In this document: in pieces, positions 1 to 12,820 of the stretch
Numbering within the stretch: position 1 is the stretch's first letter
Layout of the letters: each line of letters opens with the position of its first letter
DNA from: the human T2T-CHM13v2.0 reference genome, Homo sapiens
Direction: 5' to 3' (one strand)
Assembly (NCBI RefSeq): GCF_009914755.1
Contig: NC_060947.1
Length of the DNA: 64,000 nt
Notes under the pieces: model-generated
Seen by the model: the letters and a program-made list of their open reading frames with translations, nothing else
The model's database searches: none
Told to the model about the DNA's origin: nothing
Program-made: the position numbers and the translations under genes

Positions 1-2370
1 TGGCAGAATTCAGCTGTGAATCTAATCTATTCCTGGGCATTTTTTTGGCTTGTAGGCTATTTATTACTGCCTCAATTTCAGAACTCATTATTGGTCTGTT
101 CAGGAATTCAATTTCTTCCTGGTCCAGTCTTGGGAGGGTGTATGTCTCCAGGAATTTAGCCATTTCTTCTGGATTTTCTTGTTTATGTGCATAGAGCTGT
201 TTATAATATTCTCTGATGGTAGTTTGTATTTCTGTGGGGTCAACGGTAATATCTCCCTTGTCATCTCTTATTGTGTTTATTTGAGTCTTCTCTCTTTTCT
301 TCATTATTAATCTAGCTGGTGGTCTATTTTATGAATAGAGAATTTTATTAATATTAATAACGATGAGAAGAATGTATATTCTGTAGTTTTTGGGTGGAAA
401 GTTCTGTGGGTATCTATCAGGTCCATTTGATCCAGAGCTGAGTTCAGGTCCTGATTATCTTTGTTAATTTTCTATCTCAAGGGTCTGTCTAATATTGTCA
501 GTGGGGTGTTAAAATCTCCCACTATTATTGTGTGGGGGTCTAAGTCTCTTTGATGGTCTCTAAAACCTTGCTTTACAAATCTGGGTGCTCCAGTGTTGGG
601 TGCATATATACTTAGGGTAGTTAGTTCTTCTTGTTGAATTGAACCCTTTATCATTATGTAATTCCCTTCTTTGTCTTTTATGATCTTTGTTGGTTTAAAG
701 TCTGTTTTGTCAGAAACTAGGATTGCAGCCCCTGCATTTTGTTTTCCATTTGCTTGGTGTATTTTCCTCTAGCCCTTTATTTTGAGCTAATGTGTGTCAT
801 TGCATGTGAGATGGGTCTTTTGAAGATAGCATAGCAATGGGTCTTGGTTCTTTATCCAGCTTGCCACTCTGTGTCTTTAAGTTAGGGCATTTAGCCCATT
901 AATATTTAAGGTTAGTATTGATATGTGTGGATTTGATCCTGGCATCATGATGTTAGCTAATTATTATGCCAGCTTGCATATGTGGTTGCTTTATGCTGTC
1001 ACTGGTTTGTGTATTTCAGTGTGTTTTTGTAGTGGCTGCAAATGGTCTTTCTTTTCCATATTTAGTGCTTCCTTCAGGAGCTCTTGTAAGGCATGTCTGG
1101 TGGTAACAAATTCTCAGCATTTGCTTGTTAGAAAATGATCTTATTTCTCCTTTGCTTATGAAACTTAGTTTGGCCAGATATGAAATTCTGGGTTGGAATT
1201 TATTTTCTCTAAGAATGTTGAATATTGGCCCCCAATCTCTTCTGGCTTATAGGGTTTCAGCTGAGAGGTCCACTGTTAATCTGATGGGCTTCCCTTTGTA
1301 GGTGACCTGGCCTTTCTCTCTAGCTGCCTTTACCATTTTTTCTTTCATTTCCATCTTGGAGAATCTGATGATTATGTGTCTTGGGGGTGATCTTCTTGTG
1401 GAGTGTCTTACTGGGGTCTTCTGCATTTACTGAATCTAAATATTGGCCTCTCTAGCTAGGTTGGGGAAGTTCTCATGGATGATATTCTGAAATATGTTTT
1501 CCAAACTGATTCCATTCCCCCCATTTCTTTCAGGTACACTAATCAGTTGTAGGTTTGGTCTCTTTACGTAGTTCCATATTTCTTGGAGGTTTTATTTATT
1601 CCATTTCATTCTTTTTTCTCTATTCTTGCTGCCTTTCTTATTTCAGAAAGGCAGTCCTCAAGCTCTGAGATTCTTTCCTCCACTTGCTCTATACACCCTT
1701 GGGGAACTATGTTTTCTTTTTGGCCGAAGACCACCTGAGTGGTTGGAGGGGCATCTTGCCTCAAATATAGGACCATCTCTATGGAGGAGGTACAATATTT
1801 TCCAAATAATTTTGGATGCTACCTCTTTAGGATGCTCCAAAGAGGTAGCATCTGAATGATAAGACCTAATTATTTTTAGTTTCATCACATTTTCAGTCAT
1901 GTAAATATTTTATTTTTCCCAATCTTAATTGCTTTCCTTTTCTTTATGGATAGGGTCATGGAGAGGAATTATATTTCAGCTTGCTATTAATACTTGTGAT
2001 TGCATTATAAAATTCTTACAGTGTGTTTTTCAGCTCTATCAGATTGGTTATATTCTTCTCTGTACTAGCTATTTTGTCTGTCAGCCCCTGCAATATTTTA
2101 TCATGATTTTTCGCTTCCTTGCATTGCGTTACATTGTACTTCTTTAGATCAGTGAACTTTGTTCCTATCCATATTCTGAAGTCCACTTCTGTCATTTCAG
2201 CCATCTCAGCCTCAACCCGATTTCAAACACTTGCTGGAGAGGTGATGCAGACATGTGGATGCACTCTGGCTTTTTGAATTTTCAGCATTCTTGCACTTAC
2301 TCTTTCTCATCTTTGTGGGTTAATCTACCTTCAATATTTGAGGTTGTTGACCTCGGGATAGGTATTTTTT
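1..2370 (-). mobile_element. LINE-1 (old L1PA/L1PB-type) 5' portion: ORF1 and ORF2 endonuclease remnants, internally deleted and interrupted at ~1693-1980
   Basis: ORF 472..654 (IKGSIQQEELT..IYAPNTGAPRF..IIVGDFNTPL) is L1 ORF2 endonuclease. ORF 2016..2204 (MAEMTEVDFRIWIG...) is an ORF1 N-terminus. Continuous L1 antisense sequence between them. Confidence 0.95.
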
Positions 2371-2429
2371 TTTTCTTTTAATAGGCTGGCCAAAGTGTCC
2401 CAGTTTAGATGATATATTATTTGGTTAGC

Positions 2430-2600
2430 CTATTTATGAACTTTTTCACAACAATTATATTTACTTCTAATTTTATTCCCTACTTACAGATGAGAAAACT
2501 GAACCTACAGTCATCTTACTACTAAATGGTTGTGCTAAGGGCTGAACCAATGATTTCTAAATGCAAAGTTTAAGCTTGATATGTAAGGCTATCCAGCCTT
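2430..2600 (-). mobile_element. MIR SINE fragment
   Basis: tacagatgagaaaactgaa MIR core motif. Confidence 0.55.
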
Positions 2601-2649
2601 CCATTGGGTGGATATTCATCAAATCAGCAGCCTCCCCTTAGCAAAACTC

Positions 2650-3930
2650 ATCAGTGATTTCTGAGATAGGTTTGGCAGCAAGGACCTCTCTGAGGGTTAA
2701 TATTTCAGGCCTAAATGAAAAAAGGAAAGGAGGCATGTGAATTTATGTAGGAAGGTGCTTTACAGGTACAGGAAACATGAAGTGCAGCATTTGAAGCAAG
2801 ATCAGACCTGTGTATTCACAGAGTAGCAAGAAGGCCAGTGTGACTGAGGTAGAAGGAGTGAAAGGAAGAGTGATATAACACACACTCAGGAATGAAAACA
2901 ATGCCCAGATCATGTAGAGCTTTGCGAGTCATGCCGGGGAGTTTAGATTTCATTTAAGTATATTAGAAAACCAATGGAGAGTTCTAAATAGAGAAACAGT
3001 TCATCAGATTTACGTTTTTGAAATATCACTCTGCACTGTAGTGGGGCAGGCATGAAAATCAGTGGGGGCCAGTTTGGAAGTTATGGCCATATTCCTGACT
3101 GGAGGTGACAGTGACCTGAGCTAGGGTGATAGCTGTGGTCATTGTGAGAAGCAATGAGCATCTCAATATATCCTGAAGTAGGCTTGACAGGATTTGCTGA
3201 TGGATTGAATAAGAAGTTTGAGTGAAAATAATGTTTTCCAAGCTCTGTGTACATTACTGTAAAAGTCTTAATGCAGTGGAAGCAATGAGAAGTGGTCACA
3301 TTGAGGATATGTTTTGAGGAAAGAGATAAAAAGTCTTGATAATAGATTGGAAGAGGCTGGAAGGAACAGGAAAGAATTAAAGATGACTCGCAAGTTTTGA
3401 GTCTGAGCAAATGAGTGAATAGAGTTAATATATAAGAAAATAGGAAACACTGAGAACACAGCAGGTTTGGAAGAGGAATTAAAAATTATTTTTTTTATTC
3501 CACATACAAATATTGAGCAGGCAGTTTCATATATGAGTGTGGTATCCAGGAAGGCAATCAAGGCAGGAGATATACATTTTAAAGTTATCATCATCTAGAT
3601 AGTAGCTAAAAGTCACAGGACTCGTGAAATCACCATGGGACAGAGTGTGGATAAAAAGGAGGGGCAAAGACTGCTCTAGGACACTCTATCATTTAGAGAT
3701 CAGGAAGAGGAAGATGGGTTAGCAAGAGAAATTGAGAAGGAGCAACCAGTGAGGTAGGAGGAAAATCTGGAAATTCAAGTGAAAACAGAGTTTCATGGAG
3801 GAGAGTATCATCAACTGTGTCAAATGTTGCTGAGTTCAAAGGAGGTGGGAAATGAAAATTGATCATAAAGCTTGGTATTAAGTAGGTTACTGGTGACCTT
3901 GAAGAGAACTTCTTCAGAGTAGAGGGAGGT
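2650..3930 (-). mobile_element. LINE-2 fragments
   Basis: Purine-rich L2 antisense motifs (ggagatatacatttt...gtgaaatcacc, gtgtcaaatgttgctgag, tactggtgaccttg). Confidence 0.8.
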
Positions 3931-5053
3931 AAGATAGTGGAGACTTACCCTTTCATGCTTTTTCTCTTTCATAAGGGGTGGAATAAGAGGAGCATGACTT
4001 CAAGTGGATGATTTTTAAGCAGGTCTAAATGTAATATAGTGTATGGTTGACAAGCGTGTCTGGATAATTACCATGTTCCAAAGACACATTGTTAGGCAGC
4101 TCTACTGTAATTAGAGTTTTAAAATCAATAAAAGTTATTTTCTATCTTGAAATATAAATGCCATGTATTAAATGATGAAGCAGAACCAAGTTAATATTTA
4201 ATTCAATATGAGGATAATCTCTGAGGTCAATTCCATACATTTAAATGAAGCAAAAGACTAGCTTCGAAGGTAGTTTAATAACTTCACATCTTTGAGAGGC
4301 ATCTCTAAAATCACAATAGCTGATATAGCTGTCTTCAGAGCTAGTCATTTAATACATGGCATTGACCTACTTTCCTCTTTAATTATTTAAGAGTTAGCTG
4401 TTAGGTTGAATCTTGTCCTTGCAATGTGAAGAGCAGGACTATAATTTGTTGTACATTTTTTAGTCAAAATTATAGCGTTCATATAAGAAAGAGATCTGTT
4501 GCAAATAAATGTAAAAGTAAATCAAAAGATACAGAACTCGTTTTTTAAAAATATTAGTTTTCCAATATGAGGAATTTGTATTACCATTTGATTACTATTT
4601 GTTTCCATTTTTTTGATGTTAGATAAATTGGCTTCCTATTTACTTGATTAGTAATTTACCTCTAGCACATACACAGGCAACTGTGAAGATTGAGATGTCT
4701 CATTTTATTTTCCCCTAGTAAACGTAATATAAAGTGGGTTTGTGGTTGGGGTGAGAGGAGAATCACCTTTTCATATCTGAAAACCTAATTTATTTTCCCT
4801 TCCACTCAAAATGATGTAACTTTTGCCGTACTACCAGGTAATGGCAAAACGTAGTCCAAACTGGGATTACAGCAAGAATTCCACTAGAACAGCAGGCATC
4901 CTCTCTCCCTTTGCCCCAAACTGACTCAGTCTCTTTTAAGAATTAGAAAGTTGCTAGTTATTACTGCTGTCCACCTCCCAGGTCCTCATTCCATGACACC
5001 AAATTTGTGTTTCCTCTACCATCAGCTGGCATTTCATGTTTTTGGGTTACCAT

Positions 5054-5253
5054 CAGTAGTGTGTAGGTAATTGATTAACAGTTGGCTCTCTGGAAAATAA
5101 AAGTTTTGGTTTGCAGTGTTTTGTCCACTTCCATCGTGTGACTTTTCCCACTATGGCTGATTTCAAGTTACCAACATGATAAACACAGAGTTGGGAAGAG
5201 ATGCACACACCAGGCTATCAGGAACCAGTAAGAGCTCACTCCAGCACACTCCA
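5054..5253 (-). mobile_element. MER63A-like hAT (Blackjack) MITE
   Basis: cagtagtgtgtaggtaa...ctccagcacact termini; internal gctgatttcaagttaccaac and gttgggaagagatgcac. Confidence 0.75.
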
Positions 5254-7029
5254 GCCCAATGTTGTTTGCCCAGGTTGCAATAGGAAAATGATAGAATATG
5301 GTGCAGAAAGGGTGCAACAGCCCTATGAACATGTAAACCAAAAGAAAATAATAAGCTCCTTTTAGAAATTGGAAAAATATCAAGATAAGGAGCACATCAT
5401 TTGGGAGAAAGAAAGGCAAATTTATGACCAAAATTCCAGTATATACTCAAATTAAGTATTTTAAGTAAATCAGAGAGAGAGAAATTGAGGGAGGCAGAAT
5501 TACTTTTTGCTAGTAATTATTTCTATGAGGCTAAATAAATAAACAACTATTCTGATAAGCTATCAACTATCTGCAAAGGGTCTTGGAAGTGTAATTTGAT
5601 TTTGTGCCTAGAAGAAAAATGAAATGTTTGAGTAAACACGTAGGTTTGTCTCTGCCACTGAAACTCTAGAGGATTCGCCTGCTTCAAATCTTCAGCTCCT
5701 TTATTTTCTCAATTCACTGTTCTGTAGAACACCAGAAGACATCTTCGGAAATAGCTTTGTAGTGATGGATCCAAGTACCCAATTCATGCTGTGATGATAA
5801 CCAGACAAATGAAGACTCTGTACTCCTCACCCAGCTCCCATAAGCATAATAAGTGATGGATATTTTTCCAAGTGATAAATAGAATCTTCATAATCTCAGA
5901 AATAAAGTAACTGATTCCAATTTTTGAAAACCATCAAGGACTTAGATGGCAGAAGCCACATCATAAACCTTATCAAGTTGTTTGTTGTTTGGCTCTGAAA
6001 ATAAAGCCAGGTAGAGAAGTTTTTTTTTTTTTAAGAATAATAAACTTGATCAAGGAGAAGTGGTGAATAATAGTTTATTTTATTGACTGATCACTAAATT
6101 ACACACTCATAGATGTTGCAAAAACTCATTTTTTAGCCACTCTTGTACATTTTCTGAAATGGTTCATTTTCTAAAACAAACCTCCATTCTCTCAATCCTG
6201 GGAGACATGCTACCTTCTTAGTATAACTCAAGACCTTGACGAACATAAATTTATATAAAACTTTTATAATATCAAAATTTCTTAGTAACATAGCAAGCAA
6301 GATATTGAAAAGACCAATTTGTAATCTAACTTGGCATATATATAAGATTATTCTCTTTTTATTCTCATTTTCATCACTAAGGTGTTTCAAATGTCATAGT
6401 TTCAGTTTAAGATGAACAATTAACATGATGTATGTAGAATTTGGAAATAATTCATACAAAAGCAAATATAATGATAACAATAAAAGACTTGGGAAGTCAG
6501 CTCTTTGAAGAAAGAGATTGAGGACATTTTCCCAAAAAGACAGGGTTTTAATTTATTTTTTATCTTACTTGTTTATGGAATACAGGAATGAATACAATAC
6601 CACCAGATAACATTTAACATAAGCATGAAAATAGGCAAAGGAGATATAAGGACAGAAACAATTAGACACAGAGGTTATGAGTAAAATAAGCACAGAGAAC
6701 ATAGCCCGAGAGACTCTATATTAAATGAACTTGCTAGAGATGGACTATCTGTTTGGATCTGTGCTACCCTGCAGCAAATGCAAAGATGCAACCCAGTAAG
6801 TTACATGACACAGAAAAGCCGGTTAGAACAATCACAACTTTTCCTAGTATTGAGGCCAGAGTACTAGGATATTATCTATGTTACATTATTGTCAATGAGT
6901 TCAACAACTTCCTTGTGATGAATATAGAAATAGATTTCATAGGACTTTTAAATGTCCTTAATGAATGACTGTGGCATATTATCAAAGAACATTCAAGAGA
7001 AGCATTTCTAGGAGAGATTAAAACAATAT

Positions 7030-7266
7030 GGCTGGATGCGGTGGCTCAAGCCAGTAATCCCAGCACTTTGGGAGGCCAAGGCGGGTGGATCCCCTGAGAT
7101 CAGGAGTTTGAGACTAGCCTGGCCAACGTGGTAAAACCTCGCTTCTGCTAAAAATACAAAAATTAGCTGGGTGTGGTGGCACGTGCCTGTAATCCCAGCT
7201 ACTCAGGAAGCTGAGGCAGGAGAATCACTTGAACCTGGGAGGCAGAGATTGCAGTGAGCCGAGATC
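7030..7266 (+). mobile_element. Alu (S-type), 3'-truncated, no poly(A) tail, with TSD
   Basis: Alu sequence ends at gagccgagatc; flanked by aaaacaatatg at 7020-7030 and 7268-7278. Confidence 0.95.
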
Positions 7267-7330
7267 AAAAACAATATGAGGCAGAATGTCTCAAGTCTAA
7301 TCTGCCATTATCTAGACTAAGGATTTAGAA

Positions 7331-7553
7331 CTGAGCTACTCAATAACAGTAGCCATTAGCCACATAATGCTAATTATATTTAAATTTAAATTAATTAAAA
7401 TTAAATACAATTTAAAATTTCAGTTCCTCAATCACACTAGCTACATTTTAAGTTCTCAGTAGCCATTTGTGGCTAGTCCTACAGTGCTACAGTGTTGAAC
7501 AGCATAGATGGAGAATGCATCAGTCATTACAGAAAGTTCTATTGGATGATATT
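7331..7553 (-). mobile_element. MER3-like hAT-Charlie MITE
   Basis: tagccattagccacat...aaatttcagttcctcaatcacactagctacatttt...cagaaagttctattgga. Confidence 0.8.
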
Positions 7554-8229
7554 GACTTAGACTTCCAGAACAAGAATACAGTACTGACAATTTTTCAAAG
7601 AAGCTTATCTCAGCCAAGTCTGCAATAGTCACTGAAAAATTGTGAGTTCAAGCTTATGCCCTGACAACCACTAGTAAAGCAACAATTTCACATTTTTTGT
7701 TAAAGGCAGAATCATAGCTTTACTAGGCAATTCGGAAGTCTTATTAATTTTCTCCTAGGGTAAGAATGAATGGTGATGGACTTAATGCATATTGAGCAAG
7801 ACTGGAGAAAGGCAGTTCGTTACAAAAAGAGCAAGGTGGGGCAATAGGAAACACATTGAAGAGTTGAGGAGAGTACTTTATAGTTGTTCAAAGACATGAG
7901 AATACAAAGAACAGTTGTCTTTCTATTATGAGTAAGTGGTCTCCTGCTCCCTGAAATGATTTGACTATATGCCAAATAACAGTCTTAAACAGTGAACATT
8001 ATTTTCCCTTCTGCAAGTTTCATCATTGGTCTAGGCAAAATACCATGGGAATATAGAGAAGAGAGATCTATGGGTTGTAACTATTGCAACTGTTTTGTTA
8101 CAAACTCATCAAAATTCATGGACCTAGTTAGTATTTGAAATTATTCACTTCCTCCAACGTGCATTCCACAAAGCACTGTTGCAACACTTTTGGTATCAGT
8201 TTCAAAAGCGTTTTACAAAACATGTAAGC

Positions 8230-9240
<1,011 letters not shown>

Positions 9241-9339
9241 CTTTATAAGAATTTCTCTTTCTAAATGTATAAAATTGTATTTCTCCAGTTTCAACACTGA
9301 TTTCTAGTGCATTCTAAATATCAAGTCACAACAGTGTAT

Positions 9340-9500
9340 AATTTTATAGCTGGAAAGGCCCTTGGAAGTAACATAATACAATCATGCCTTTATATATAAA
9401 AGTAAACCATGCCCCAGAGAGATTAGGTGACAGCACAAGGTCAACCAGCTAATTTATAGCAGAGCCAGGGCTGGAGGATAGGCTTTCAGATTCTCACTCC
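9340..9500 (-). mobile_element. MIR/MIR3 fragment
   Basis: gctggaaaggcccttggaag...ccccagagagattaggtgac...aaggtca. Confidence 0.55.
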
Positions 9501-12149
9501 ATCCACAAAATATCAGGATTTTCCAACACCACGTGTATTCAAAAGAATATGCCACTGTCTCTGACAATTTTACCAGAAACAGACATGCTGCCATATTTTT
9601 AGCTAAAGGAACATCATTGCAATAAGTGGATAGCTTCATGAGCAGCATGAACTTGAATGTATCAATTTAACAGTATTTTCAAAGATAGAATCATATTACT
9701 TCACAAATATCTCATACGACTCCTCACAAAACTGTAGTTTTTAAATATAGAGTTTTATGTAAAGTCGAAATTTAGTAATTCTAGAAAAAAATAGAGTCTT
9801 ATCATAAATACATAAACTAAACCTTGATTATTTTCTACTTCCTTTATATTTTCTGTCACTTGGGCTCTCTACTTTATTCCCTTGTTGACAGGTGCGGTCT
9901 TAATGTGCATCTTTGAGAAAATAGGTGCTTTTTGGTACAAACCACTTGTATCTTTGGCTTATTAGAAGCATCTATATATCATAGCCTGGGGAAAGAAGAT
10001 AAAATAGGGCATCTTTCTTGCATATAAATCATGGCTTGTGGATCATCGCTGTTAATTAAAAATCTTTGCAAGGCTAAATTCAACATGATGGAAGCTTAGG
10101 ACATCCTTGCTAAAAGACAAACCTGGAAGGAAAAGAATTTTTAAATTTCCATGAGAAAGAAAGTAGAATGAGAACATTATGGATCCTAGCTCTGGATATA
10201 GGGTTAAAATATGCTACGCATATTATGCTGCACCATAATTTGTTGCTGACTGGATGTGAGCATGGTAATTTCTTAGTGTAATTGGGTTACATTTTCTTTT
10301 GTTTCCGTGATGCTTGGTGTTTCAATGTTGTCTGGCAAAATAATCCTAGTATTAACTGGAGATAGGAAATATACAGCCTTGATCATAAAAAGTGTGAATT
10401 TCACAAGGACAGAACAATATAAGCAGAATTTTTACCATCCCATTTCAGTGACATATTCAAAAAAGAGGCCCATTATCCTTGAGTTTGGTTTGCATGGTTA
10501 TTTGATACCCTTAATGCATAAAGGAGAAGGGTTAGTGTGGGAGTCTTTTCAAGGTATGAAAGGATATTTATTTTAGGGTTGTGATTACTTATGCTCCTGG
10601 TCGGTGCCAGTCAGGTCAATAGGATTATGTTCCAGAAATTGATTTCCCCCCCAATGAGTAAATAATGAAGTAATTTAACCTCATCTGCTTCCTAATCTAA
10701 AACCTTTCACTTGTACCATGAGGAAAGGCAGCTGCCTTCGCTTGAGATGTGCTCGTGCACAAGCCCAATAAATACCTTTGGGTTTTATATGAAGGTCATG
10801 CAAAGCTGATCATTCAGGAAATGTGTACAGTTAAAGTGCATCTTCTATTCCTTACAGCCATCAATCCTGGCTTTCAGAGATGTCTCCACCTATGTTAAAG
10901 GGCTAACACAATACTGCATTAATCATGGGCATGGCTGTTGCTCTGCAAATTTCTCTTTCATTTATTTTAATTTAAGTGTTTATTTGGATACTAGCATAGA
11001 AAGAAAACGGCACTTAGCTGGAAACGAAAATAAAAAGGCAGTTGGAAAGTAGTAACTGTTCAGATTATGAATTATTCAGGCTTGCTTTATGCTGTGCATG
11101 TTATTTTATTATTGTACCTGCTGTGGCTTCTTGAAGGAACCTAATACCTGGAAATCACAATTAGACTAAAAATTTGACTCTCTTGTCATAGAGGAAATCA
11201 CCTAGTGGTCAGAGTACATAGTCGTCCCATTTTTTTTCTTCATGATTCATGTTGCTAAAAATGATGGTATGCAACATGAATACACATTTACTGCAGGCCA
11301 GGCAGAGCACTAACACTTTACTTGCGTTATGTCATTTAATGCTTTTAGGATCAGGAACCCAGCTAGCAGTGGTTTCGGGAATCAAGGTCGGACCACCAGA
11401 TTCCAAAAGCCAGGTGCTTGGCCACTGGATTTCAGTACTTCCTCTGCCCACAGTTTACTTTTAAGCAACAAAAATCATCATCCTCCAAATCATTCCTTTG
11501 CTAGTTATGCCTCCTGTGCAGAATGTAGGATTTTTATCAAAGAGGTTCCTCCGGGAGCTTCCCATTCATCTGAGGAAGTAAAAGGTAAAAAGACTGAAAA
11601 GCATTATAAAAAGTAATAACTTAATTGAAAATTACTTTTGCTTTTTTCTCTGGTGTTTTAGAAATTGTCACTGTCTTTATTTCACAAAGTTTTGAGTATT
11701 AACACAATTTTGATTACTCCTTCATTTTCTTTTTAGCTGTCTGTGATAGTTAACAAAAGATGTTTAGAATATTTAAAATAAATAAATAAATAAATAAATC
11801 TGTCTTTTCTGGCATTTTTAACATATGGAGTTGAGGATGAGTGACTTGCATGCAGAAAGTATAAATTCTGAGAGGAGATATGTGTAATTGGTCTTAACAA
11901 AAATATTTCTCTCATTTATTCCCTAAATTTTTGTTGAATGTTCACTGTATACCAGGTAATGTGCTGAGCACTAGGTAAGACCCATCAGTTTTAGTTAAAT
12001 TGCCCCTCTTACCTGATCCCAGAAACCATTAGACAATCCTCAGACTCTAAATTTTCTGATTATTTGTCTAACTTGCTACTAGACATCATGAGAGCAGAAA
12101 GCACATATACGACATTTAATACAGAACCACAAGTGCCTAATAGATTATT

Positions 12150-12596
12150 TGGCAGCCACTCAGTGAGGTAGAGAGGGATAAGCTCATCCCATCTGCATTC
12201 TTCATTCTTCCTGAATACACAGCTAGACAGTTTCTCCAACCTCCATTGCAATTAGGTGTGAACGTGTGCTGACTACGGTCCAATTCAATGTAAACAAACT
12301 AAAAAGGTAACTCATCCAAGACTGGCTCATAGAAACCTTCCACTCATGATCCTCTTGCTCTATCCCCATCCAAAAGCTGAATGGAGAGGACTCCAAGGAC
12401 CTCAAGGAGAACAAAACCATAAGATAGAAAGAGCTTGGGTCCTTGAATGACTGCGTGGAACAGGACCATCTCTTTCTCTGATAAACCCACATAGAAGAGA
12501 GAAATGAGGGGGAATAAATGCTGTTTCTTGTATTAAGCCAGAAATCTCCAGATTTGTATGTTGCAGAAGTTAGGTTTACTTACCTTAACTACTACA
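12150..12596 (+). mobile_element. MLT1 (MaLR) solo LTR, old subfamily (MLT1I/J/K-like)
   Basis: gagcttgggtccttgaatgactgcgtgga...ttaagccagaaatct...taactactaca. Confidence 0.7.
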
Positions 12597-12820
12597 GAGG
12601 AATGAATGGAAGAATGAGTGAGATAGCACTCCTGACATCAAGGGATTTTCATTTTAGTTTTTGGATAGCCTCATCTTTTCTACTTGAAGAGTCTTTTGGG
12701 AATCATTGGGTAGTTGTAAAATATAAAAGATATTTTTATGAGAATTACACAAAATGCGCTCAGAGAAACCACTTGGGAATGTTATATTGGGTATCAGAAG
12801 TCCGTTTGCCTCCACATATA

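Noticed and set aside
12013-12136. Minus-strand block ending in a strong CAG|gtaaga donor
   Set aside because: Weak acceptor, stops in all frames, no motif similarity, far from the exon cluster.
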